A stretch of 62,017 nucleotides of DNA, counting the filler. It is 3 parts of 3 records of this genome, joined end to end, with 100 filler letters (N's around TTAATTAATTAA, not from the genome) between each part and the next. Parts side by side here need not be neighbours in the genome. Positions count along the whole stretch, not along the records: positions 1 to 23,908 come from SRR31156797_1241; positions 24,009 to 55,674 come from SRR31156797_1249; 1 more part is not named here. One strand, given 5' to 3'. Shown one piece after another: positions 20,425 through 28,132 of the stretch. The notes below the pieces were generated by a model that saw only the letters and a list, made by a program, of their open reading frames with translations, made no database searches and had not been told where the DNA came from. Numbering within the stretch: the first letter of the stretch is position 1; every line of letters starts with the position of its first letter. Position numbers and translations under genes: made by a program.

Positions 20425-21711
20425 TTAAGATGTAGCTTTACGTAGAGCGCTCAGGAACCGGGAACGCAAGGTATCGCCCATCAATCCTTTTTTTACCGGG
20501 GAAAGTTTCAGGAATCCTCCAAGCAGAGAACGCATGAAATCTTCACTCCTGCTATTGGGATTGTCGAAAATAAGATTCTGCAAAGTTCCGCGCTCAAGGG
20601 ATTGCAGGATGACCCGTTCAAAGCTGTCTTCGGGATGGATGACCCGTTGCTCACGTTTATCCATCTGTAAAGCTCCAGTCGGACATTTAAGTGCACAAAC
20701 ACCACAGCCAAGACAGATAGCCTTGCTGATTTCCGCATAACGGCGCGGCTTTTCCAATTCAGAAACGTTTTCCTTATGGATGATTATGGCATCAACTGGG
20801 CAGGCCCGTGCACATTTTCCACAGCCGTTGCACTCCGCATATTCAATCTCGGCAATAAAGGTAGAGGAAACCACAATTCCCGGATAACCGGAATATTTAA
20901 TCCCATTCATCAGATTGCAGCAGCACCCGCAACAATGGCAGAAGAACCCGGCATTTTCTCGGACATTATCGGTGGTCAGGGTAAAGCCCAGCTCCCGTGA
21001 ACGGGCCATAATATCGTCCATTTCCGCACGGGAAATCTCGCGGGCAAAATCATTACGGATCAAAAAATCGGCTGCTTCCCCCATGGAAGTACAGGTTTCA
21101 AGGTCGATACCACACTTCTGCTCGCCAAGATGCATCTTCTCGTGGCGACAGGAACAAAGGCTGACCGCAAAACGGTCCTGCTGCTCCACCAGCACTGAAG
21201 CTTTTTCATAATCGAGCACTTCTACATGGTCCACATTGCGGATGGTTCCTTCGTGTGGCAGGGCGCGCATGATAGAAATCTGCTCATCATTACCGAAATT
21301 GGCTTTGAAAAACACCTTGTCCCCAAACATGTAGCCGTTAAACAACTCGGCCCATTTTGCGGAATCCAGTTCGCCCTTGGTGCGCATCATGGTGAATTCG
21401 AAAAAACCGATCACGAAAGGACTTATCATATATAGGTAACGGTCCTGCTCCCAAAGGTCACAAACCAAACCTTTATGGCACATGGATTCGAGCAAGGGAC
21501 GGAGCTTGCGTTCATCCATACCGCTCAGCTTTGAAATCCGTTCAAGGGAAGAAGGGCGGTAAGGCATGCGCACAATCAGCTCCGCTTCCGCAGGGGAGTA
21601 AAGAGCCTTAAGCATTTCACGCATGGAATCGGACCACGGCATCCGCACGGTGGTTCCGTCCACTTTGTCACCCAACTGACGATAGATATCTTTTCCGATG
21701 ATGTGTCCCAT
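20425..21711 (-). CDS. 4Fe-4S dicluster-domain protein
   Basis: CNGCGKCARACP and CLGCGVCALKCP plus CSCRH and CHCCGCCC; start MGHII inferred. Confidence 0.88.
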   Translation of the reverse strand: MGHIIGKDIYRQLGDKVDGTTVRMPWSDSMREMLKALYSPAEAELIVRMPYRPSSLERISKLSGMDERKLRPLLESMCHKGLVCDLWEQDRYLYMISPFVIGFFEFTMMRTKGELDSAKWAELFNGYMFGDKVFFKANFGNDEQISIMRALPHEGTIRNVDHVEVLDYEKASVLVEQQDRFAVSLCSCRHEKMHLGEQKCGIDLETCTSMGEAADFLIRNDFAREISRAEMDDIMARSRELGFTLTTDNVRENAGFFCHCCGCCCNLMNGIKYSGYPGIVVSSTFIAEIEYAECNGCGKCARACPVDAIIIHKENVSELEKPRRYAEISKAICLGCGVCALKCPTGALQMDKREQRVIHPEDSFERVILQSLERGTLQNLIFDNPNSRSEDFMRSLLGGFLKLSPVKKGLMGDTLRSRFLSALRKATS

Positions 21712-21721
21712 GGAGGAGGAG

Positions 21722-23074
21722 TTACAATATTTCCCGCAAAATCCCAAGCCCCTTACGCAACTGGGCAATATCCTTTGGTCCGCTTAAGGAAAGCCTGATC
21801 TTGGCCGGAACCGGCCCGCCGCCTACGGCAAATTTTTCAGCTCCAAAAATATTGAGTCCCGCCTCGCGGGCGCGCTGCTCGACCATGTAACCTTTCCATG
21901 GTTCGGGCAGGGACAACCAAAGGAAGAACCCCGAAGGATTCGCCCCCAGTCCCATACCATCCAGCAGGTCTTTGACTGCTTCAAAACGGCGGCGCGCAGC
22001 CTGACGCTTGAGCTTCACGGTAATATCCGCTGTGCCGTCAGTTATCCACTGACAAAGCAGTTCGGCATTAAGCGGAGGAGTCATCCACACAGTATTGAGG
22101 ATAGCGTGAGCCAGATGCTTAAATCGATCACCCTGCGCGACCATGAAAGCCACCCGTAATCCCACGGCAATGGATTTGGAAACTCCGGCAATGAATACGC
22201 TTCGTTCCGGGGCAAATGATGCCACCGGAGGCAGATCACTTTCCACGGTCAGGGCATAAGCATCATCTTCAATGATGGTCAGGTCATGATTACAGGCAAT
22301 CATGGCAATCTTCTCCCGACGCTCAAGAGACATACAGGCTGAAGTAGGGTTCTGCACTCCGGGCATAAGCGAAACACCGTTGATCTTTTCCCTGCGACAG
22401 ATCGTATCCAGCTGCTCCGGGATCATACCCTGATCGTCCATAGGCACAGGAACCAGCCTGATACCGAGCATGTTAGCAAGGGTTTTCATGCCCGGATAGA
22501 TGAGAGTATCAGTAGCGATACGGTCCCCGGACCGGAACAGACTGCTCAAGCAACAATTCAGCGCATGCTGGGCCCCGGAACAAACCAGCACATTCCCGGC
22601 TGTAGTTTCCAGACGATAGCGCATTGCCCACTGGGCACCCACTTCACGGTGCTCCGGCAAACCCTGCGGATCGGTATAGCGCAGAAAGGCATTCAGATTG
22701 CGGCGACGGGTCAACCGCTTCATGCCTTCCTGAACGTCCGGGTCCAGATCGTAAAAAGTATTGACCATACCCAGCTCAATCATACCCGGAGCGTGCGGCT
22801 CGAAAGTCACCATTGATGATGACGTGATCGCATCGGAGGCGATGAATGTCCCGCGCCCCACAGTACCGCAGACAAGCCCCCGTTTTTCAGCCTCGGCGTA
22901 ACCACGGGTCACTGTGCTCACGTTCATCTTCAGATCATCAGCAAGATCACGATGAGTAGGAAGCTTATCTCCGGGACTCAGTTTTCCGGCATAAACATCA
23001 CGCTCAATGGCATCCGCCAGACGCTTGAATTTCGGCCGCGAACTTTCTTCCAATTCAGGTATCCATTTTGTCAT
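21722..23074 (-). CDS. MocR/GabR-family regulator (GntR HTH + PLP aminotransferase domain)
   Basis: KLPTHRDLA...STVTRGY...GRGTFI; IIEDDAY, SKS. Confidence 0.95.
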   Translation of the reverse strand: MTKWIPELEESSRPKFKRLADAIERDVYAGKLSPGDKLPTHRDLADDLKMNVSTVTRGYAEAEKRGLVCGTVGRGTFIASDAITSSSMVTFEPHAPGMIELGMVNTFYDLDPDVQEGMKRLTRRRNLNAFLRYTDPQGLPEHREVGAQWAMRYRLETTAGNVLVCSGAQHALNCCLSSLFRSGDRIATDTLIYPGMKTLANMLGIRLVPVPMDDQGMIPEQLDTICRREKINGVSLMPGVQNPTSACMSLERREKIAMIACNHDLTIIEDDAYALTVESDLPPVASFAPERSVFIAGVSKSIAVGLRVAFMVAQGDRFKHLAHAILNTVWMTPPLNAELLCQWITDGTADITVKLKRQAARRRFEAVKDLLDGMGLGANPSGFFLWLSLPEPWKGYMVEQRAREAGLNIFGAEKFAVGGGPVPAKIRLSLSGPKDIAQLRKGLGILREIL

Positions 23075-23147
23075 GCATACAATGTTTCATTTGACTGCAT
23101 ACAATGTCAAGCATATGAATACAATTAAGCAACAAGAAGCACACAAT
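23074..23147. repeat. Direct repeats (ATACAAT core), likely MocR operator
   Basis: TGCATACAATGT at 23074 and 23096, TGAATACAAT at 23116, GCACACAAT at 23139. Confidence 0.6.
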
Positions 23148-23250
23148 CATCCCAAAGCTGCTTGTTAACCACATCCAGTGGTCCCCTTGTCGGGCGTTGT
23201 CCGGACAACGCCCAATCAACACACATCCCCAGCCGCCGGAGGCAATCAAA

Positions 23251-23841
23251 ATGCAAGAAAATTTCTGGGCTTTCCTAATATTTGTAATTGTCATGACCGG
23301 AACTCCGGGACCGGGCAACATCGCATCCATGGCTCTTGGTCAGGCTGTAGGCTTTAAGCGTTCTATCCCGTTTCTTTCGGGTGTAGTCATCGGCGGTATG
23401 ACTATGGATTTTCTGGCAGCAATAGGGTTAGCGGAGCTATTTCTGGCCTACCCGCAAGTCTCAGCAGTACTCAAGGTAGGCGGACTTGCCTACATACTCT
23501 ACCTCGCTTGGAAGGTACTGAACATGCAGGCCAATTCATCCGCTGAACCCAAGGCATTCAAATTTGTGGAAGGCTTGGCCCTGCATCCGCTAAACCCGAA
23601 ACATTATGCCATGACCGTCTCGGCATTCGCCCAATTCGCCGACCCGAACGCAAACAGCTTCACGGAAATCCTGATCTTTGTAGGAACCTTCACCTGCGGA
23701 GCGGCCTTCTTCCATTCCATGTGGTGCTTTGCGGGCGAATCGTTTATGAAAATGCTGCGTTCTGCAGCTGTCCGCCATACGGTTAATATCTCCATGGTAG
23801 TACTCATGGTCGGCGCCACTGCGTACGCACTTTATAAATAA
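23251..23841 (+). CDS. LysE/RhtB-family amino-acid exporter
   Basis: TPGPGN, LKVGGLAYILYLAW, LNPK; start MQENF after GGAGG. Confidence 0.92.
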   Translation: MQENFWAFLIFVIVMTGTPGPGNIASMALGQAVGFKRSIPFLSGVVIGGMTMDFLAAIGLAELFLAYPQVSAVLKVGGLAYILYLAWKVLNMQANSSAEPKAFKFVEGLALHPLNPKHYAMTVSAFAQFADPNANSFTEILIFVGTFTCGAAFFHSMWCFAGESFMKMLRSAAVRHTVNISMVVLMVGATAYALYK

Positions 23842-23908
23842 ATTTGATGCGCTACCGCGCTTTAGATAATTTGATTCTGCCTCCGGCGGCTTAAACCCTT
23901 TTTGAAAA

Positions 23909-24008
23909 NNNNNNNNNNNNNNNNNNNNNNNNNNNNNNNNNNNNNNNNNNNNTTAATTAATTAANNNNNNNNNNNNNNNNNNNNNNNNNNNNNNNNNNNN
24001 NNNNNNNN
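23909..24008. other. Artificial contig linker
   Basis: N44-TTAATTAATTAA-N44, stops in all six frames; identical copy at 55675-55774. Confidence 0.97.
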
Positions 24009-24020
24009 CCTTGAAATATC

Positions 24021-24068
24021 TGGTGGAGCTGGAGGGAATTGAACCCACGGCCTCTTGAATGCCATTCA
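24021..24068 (-). repeat. att core = 3' half of tRNA-Ala(GGC)
   Basis: Reverse complement TGAATGGCATTCAAGAGGCCGTGGGTTCAATTCCCTCCAGCTCCACCA: anticodon arm with GGC, T-arm, CCA; 5' half absent; partial copy at 55657-55674. Confidence 0.9.
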
Positions 24069-24498
24069 TACGCTTAAAAACTATATCCATTTATTTCAGC
24101 TAGTTAACAAAAAAACTTTACGACATTTCTTGCTATATCTTGTCTGTAATGTCGGGTTTGTACGTAAACCCATGCCGTAAAAAACAGAGCCTAACGGCCT
24201 CCTTGGAGGCGGTGTTTAGCTAAGTTTAGTTGCGTGTATTTTTGAAAAACGAACTAAACATATATAATAAAAGTGTTTAGCTCTCCCTTCGATTCTCCCG
24301 GCTTTGCACAAACCTGCAATAGTTTGCAATCCATGCAATAGGTAAAAACGACTGTAAGCCCAGTTCTGGGGCTGCTGCAGCTATCTCTTGCACCACTCCT
24401 TTTGTTGCAAAAAATTGGTCGAAACGACCCGAAGGTAGGTACGGTTAAGTTCGATTTTTCCGGGGGCTTTCTTTTTTTAAAAAATTTTCTGTGAGCGC

Positions 24499-24540
24499 AA
24501 AAAAGCCCCGCTTCATTCCTGAAGCAGGGCTTATCTTTTT
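24499..24540 (-). terminator. Terminator of the late (tail) operon
   Basis: Minus strand AAGCCCTGCTTCA-GGAA-TGAAGCGGGGCTT followed by a U run, just past the last tail gene. Confidence 0.75.
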
Positions 24541-24554
24541 AAAATCTTAGCCGG

Positions 24555-25745
24555 TTATTCCGTCATGGTGTCCACTTTTTCGCGTATTGTTTCAATATTG
24601 TCCGCATGGCTTTTCACTTCCGCACCTTGAGTTATGGGCGAAACATTGGGGTGCGTATGATGATCCAGAACCCATAACGCATCTCGGACATTTTCAATAA
24701 ATTCCAGCAGCAGCGGGAAAAAGCTTAATTCCCCGTCTGGAGTTTTAAATTCAAAAATCGGTGTTTTGATCCGGAGCGCTTCAGCTTCAATATGCTTTTC
24801 CATGATGACGGTTTCGGAGCTGGTGCCCTCTACAGTTCGCGTATGATCCTTTTTCACCAGATCAGTACGCTGGCCGCGCACCTCGGTACTGTGGTCCAGA
24901 TAAGTTACGGCCGTCCTGTTGGCCATAACCGTGGAACTTTTATTCTGGCCGATTGTCTCCGTGTGGTTCTGGGTGGTGTTCTCGGTCCGGTTCTGCAGCA
25001 CGTTTTCAGTCATGTCCTGTTTCACCGTATGATGATGATTTCCACCAGTAACGCCGTTCCAGTTCCGGGAAACAACCCAGCTTGAATCTGCAGCCGTTAC
25101 GAAATTCAGGTTATCCACTGCCACCATATCAATATGACCGCCGGACGTTAGGAGGATCCCGCCCAGAGCTTCTACACTTTTTACGCCGCCGATCTCCTCG
25201 GTACTGGATCCGCTCACCCTACGCATGTCGCGCACCAGCTCCGCCACGGAATCAATAGCCCGGGTGATCCGGATAAGACTGCTGTCTGTAATCCGTCCAT
25301 GGGTCTGGCGTGTCCAGTTTCCGTCCTGATCCACGCGCTGCAGGGTTTCATCATCCTGTTGCCACAGCAGTTCCCCGGTAGCCACATTGGGCAGGGATAA
25401 ACCCAGCGGATAGATCTGCCTTACCAGTGGATGATCCGGACGGCCGTAAGCGAACCCGACTACCACCTGCGCCCCGACTTCAGGAAAGCCGAAACTGCCC
25501 CGCTCCATACCTGCAGCAGGAACCGGAAGCGGAACGTCCTTATATATAGGATAGGCTTCATCCTTTTCCCCTTCCGGAGTCAATATTTCCAGATCCACAG
25601 CATAACGCGGCCGGAACCGCTCACAGGATCCGCCCTGCGCCGGTTCATCACTCACGGCCAATACCCGGGCATACCTATCCAAGTGCAAGCCTCCGGACAG
25701 CTCGGGAAAAATCTTAAGTACTGCTTTTTTTATTACTTCACGCAT
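24555..25745 (-). CDS. Baseplate spike-like protein (resembles the C-terminal part of the last HP1-type tail gene)
   Basis: FRPRYAVD, VGFAYGRPDHP OB-fold-like region, 8-residue beta-helix repeats (TENVLQNR/TENTTQNH/TETIGQNK), HTH motif near the tip. Confidence 0.7.
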   Translation of the reverse strand: MREVIKKAVLKIFPELSGGLHLDRYARVLAVSDEPAQGGSCERFRPRYAVDLEILTPEGEKDEAYPIYKDVPLPVPAAGMERGSFGFPEVGAQVVVGFAYGRPDHPLVRQIYPLGLSLPNVATGELLWQQDDETLQRVDQDGNWTRQTHGRITDSSLIRITRAIDSVAELVRDMRRVSGSSTEEIGGVKSVEALGGILLTSGGHIDMVAVDNLNFVTAADSSWVVSRNWNGVTGGNHHHTVKQDMTENVLQNRTENTTQNHTETIGQNKSSTVMANRTAVTYLDHSTEVRGQRTDLVKKDHTRTVEGTSSETVIMEKHIEAEALRIKTPIFEFKTPDGELSFFPLLLEFIENVRDALWVLDHHTHPNVSPITQGAEVKSHADNIETIREKVDTMTE

Positions 25746-26419
25746 ATCACTTCCATTTCATGCCCTTTCAATTTTACCTGCTTTACGCGCTGGCCAGTCA
25801 GTACCGCCCCCGGCCGCAAAGGTGGAATTATCGGGCAGCTCTTGGAACCGTCAGCCATAACCCGCTTGAACCATTTATCAGGAACCTGCAACGGCCTGCT
25901 TGCCCAGCGGGAATCATTCCACGATCCAACATAGACCTGCCCGTCAGGTTGCGGATTCCAGATAAAATCCGGAATCTGGAAAACATCCCCCAGCATTGCC
26001 ATACCGTGAAAACCATCCCCAAGCGTCTGGAAGAACGGAACCCGGGTAGTTGAATAATCCCGCTCCGGAACAATGAAGACTAAACCGGTTCTTTCGGTAT
26101 AGTGCTCGAGCACGTTTTTTAATGTGGGATGGCGTAGCGAAACCGGCCAGTGTTTATCCAGAATCCCGCCCAGCTCACGGCAGAAAATACGCTGCTGCAG
26201 GTTGTCCACCTTATGGCAGCTCTCCACATAGCCGGTGAAAAAAAGACGGTCTTTATCCTGAGAAGAATAGCCCACATAAAATTGAACCAGACCGGAAACC
26301 GGTTCCGGTGTCTGCAGCTGGAAAACAGCACGGCCGGTGCCGCAAAGCTCCAGCCGTATATCCTCGCTGACCAGCTTGAACTTCCGGCCGCTTATAGTCA
26401 GGTGTTTACGAATATTCAT
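25733..26419 (-). CDS. Baseplate hub-like protein (HP1-type)
   Basis: QQRIFCREL, SLRHPTL, WNPQPDGQVYVGSW; position in the tail operon. Confidence 0.6.
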   Translation of the reverse strand: MNIRKHLTISGRKFKLVSEDIRLELCGTGRAVFQLQTPEPVSGLVQFYVGYSSQDKDRLFFTGYVESCHKVDNLQQRIFCRELGGILDKHWPVSLRHPTLKNVLEHYTERTGLVFIVPERDYSTTRVPFFQTLGDGFHGMAMLGDVFQIPDFIWNPQPDGQVYVGSWNDSRWASRPLQVPDKWFKRVMADGSKSCPIIPPLRPGAVLTGQRVKQVKLKGHEMEVICVK

Positions 26420-26937
26420 GAAACCACCTTATCAACCTGCTCAATTACCTTCTTCCAGTTCGTGTCCGGATTCAGGGTCTGAACTACGCCTGTTAACTGG
26501 CCAAGTTCATTCTCAATCACAGCTGCAACCCCTTTCTGGCGCAGTTCAACCTTTTCCGGCACTGAAAGGTGCTCGCGCAATTTGAAACGGACTGACCACG
26601 AACGCAAAGTACGCTGTTCAGTCCACCTTACTCTTTCAACGCATTTCACTTGCGTAATCCCGCCAGTGTTGGCCGTCTGGTTTGCTACAGTGTAAACTTT
26701 CATTTCTCCGGTGCTGTCCTTAGTTTCCAGCACACTGATTAATTTTTGCAGGTCGGTCTTATCTTTAAATCTAATATTCAGGGAAACACTAAGCGTTTTG
26801 GGTTTGATCCCCTTATGCGCGGTATCGGTTCCGGAAGTTTCGCCGGAAAGATCCTCTTCATAGATTTCCATGCCCCCGGTGACCTTCAGATTATATCCGG
26901 GTACGTTGTAGTCACCCAGACGCAAAAAATTATTCAT
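26416..26937 (-). CDS. HP1-type tail/baseplate protein
   Basis: DLSGETSGTD..HKGIKPK, WSVRFKLREHLSVPE; overlapping stop/start. Confidence 0.6.
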   Translation of the reverse strand: MNNFLRLGDYNVPGYNLKVTGGMEIYEEDLSGETSGTDTAHKGIKPKTLSVSLNIRFKDKTDLQKLISVLETKDSTGEMKVYTVANQTANTGGITQVKCVERVRWTEQRTLRSWSVRFKLREHLSVPEKVELRQKGVAAVIENELGQLTGVVQTLNPDTNWKKVIEQVDKVVS

Positions 26938-27836
26938 AGGCCAAGCACCTCTTTAAAAATGGCCATTTTTTCAGGCTGACCAATCCAGCAGCAAATTATG
27001 CTCAAAACATGAGCGCCGTCAGTTATGGCCAGTTTTGAAAAATCGTTCCTGATCCCGCCCACGGTCCCGGTCAAATAAGCAGCCTGCCCGGATCCGCCTG
27101 CAAAAGTTGCGGCCAGCTCCGCCCAGCTCGCAGCGGCTTCAGCAACCTGATTCCTTTTTTTCTCCATGACTTCCTGCAACCTTGTTTCCGGCCGCTTGTT
27201 CTGGGTGTCGTAGCCGTGAGAAATGGCCAACATGGAAGCCATGGCCGCGTCTATGTCCTTATTCTTTTTGTGCTGCCGTTCATCAAGTTTCTGGATCTTT
27301 GGAGAAATGAAGCCATTGCCGAAGATGTATTTTTCAGTCTCCAACACGGCCAGATCCGCCGCCCTGCGCTGGACCAGCTGCAACGGAACAACCGCAAAAA
27401 CCGTATTGAACGTTGCCAGCTTCTTGGCCATGTCTGCATGATCGTATCCGGTCAGCTGTAAGAACACGGCTCCGCATTGCCCTTCCGGCAAATTTTCATA
27501 AGGGTCGGCCAGCTTGGCCAGTACAGCGTCACGGCAGGAGCTGGGCGAAAGATAAGCATAATCCCCGCGCTTATCCCCCACGGGATGCACATAAGGATGA
27601 ACGCAAAGAAAATCGGCTGAAATGGCCAGAAGTGAATTCAGCCGGCGAATCAGATCTGAAGCATTAGCGGCAGAGCCGGAAACAGGTGAAGGTGTGACCG
27701 GGATAAATCCGGACACACCATTTAAACGGGACTGGGCTGCAGAGACTTCCCCCGGTGCTGCAGCCAGAACAGGATCCGCGCACTGCTTTATAGCTGCAGC
27801 TGTACCCGGGAGATTAAAACTAACTGCTTTCCACAC
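26934..27836 (-). CDS. HP1-type tail-associated hypothetical protein
   Basis: MW start, VHPY and YLSP motifs; coupled to neighbouring genes. Confidence 0.55.
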   Translation of the reverse strand: MWKAVSFNLPGTAAAIKQCADPVLAAAPGEVSAAQSRLNGVSGFIPVTPSPVSGSAANASDLIRRLNSLLAISADFLCVHPYVHPVGDKRGDYAYLSPSSCRDAVLAKLADPYENLPEGQCGAVFLQLTGYDHADMAKKLATFNTVFAVVPLQLVQRRAADLAVLETEKYIFGNGFISPKIQKLDERQHKKNKDIDAAMASMLAISHGYDTQNKRPETRLQEVMEKKRNQVAEAAASWAELAATFAGGSGQAAYLTGTVGGIRNDFSKLAITDGAHVLSIICCWIGQPEKMAIFKEVLGL

Positions 27837-28128
27837 TGGATTTGCCCATGATGACCATTTTAAAAACTTTAATGACGGCCTTAACAGCTACTTTCAGAGA
27901 GGCAATTGTTGTTGCGGAATCAAGAGCCGCTTCAGCCGCTGCAAGTTCATCGTGCGTATGGCTGGAGATTTTGCCGCTGTCCACGATCCGGATTGAGGTT
28001 TTAACCACAACTCCGGTCCCGGGTTTGATCATTGTCGGATTGTCGTGAATTTCAGCCACAATGTACGGGGCCAGATCTGCGGCCATTTTTATTTTTTCCG
28101 CATGGGTCATGCTGCTTACATCAATCAT
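27820..28128 (-). CDS. Small protein downstream of the tail fibre (possible chaperone)
   Basis: Position only; start MIDVSS after GGAG. Confidence 0.5.
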   Translation of the reverse strand: MIDVSSMTHAEKIKMAADLAPYIVAEIHDNPTMIKPGTGVVVKTSIRIVDSGKISSHTHDELAAAEAALDSATTIASLKVAVKAVIKVFKMVIMGKSSVESS

Positions 28129-28132
28129 TTTT

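Noticed and set aside
23953-23964. TTAATTAATTAA palindrome (also 55719-55730) as a biological site
   Set aside because: Centred in identical N runs; it is a six-frame-stop scaffolding linker
24021-24068. Functional tRNA-Ala gene
   Set aside because: Only the 3' half is present; the D-arm and 5' acceptor strand are missing, so it is an att core
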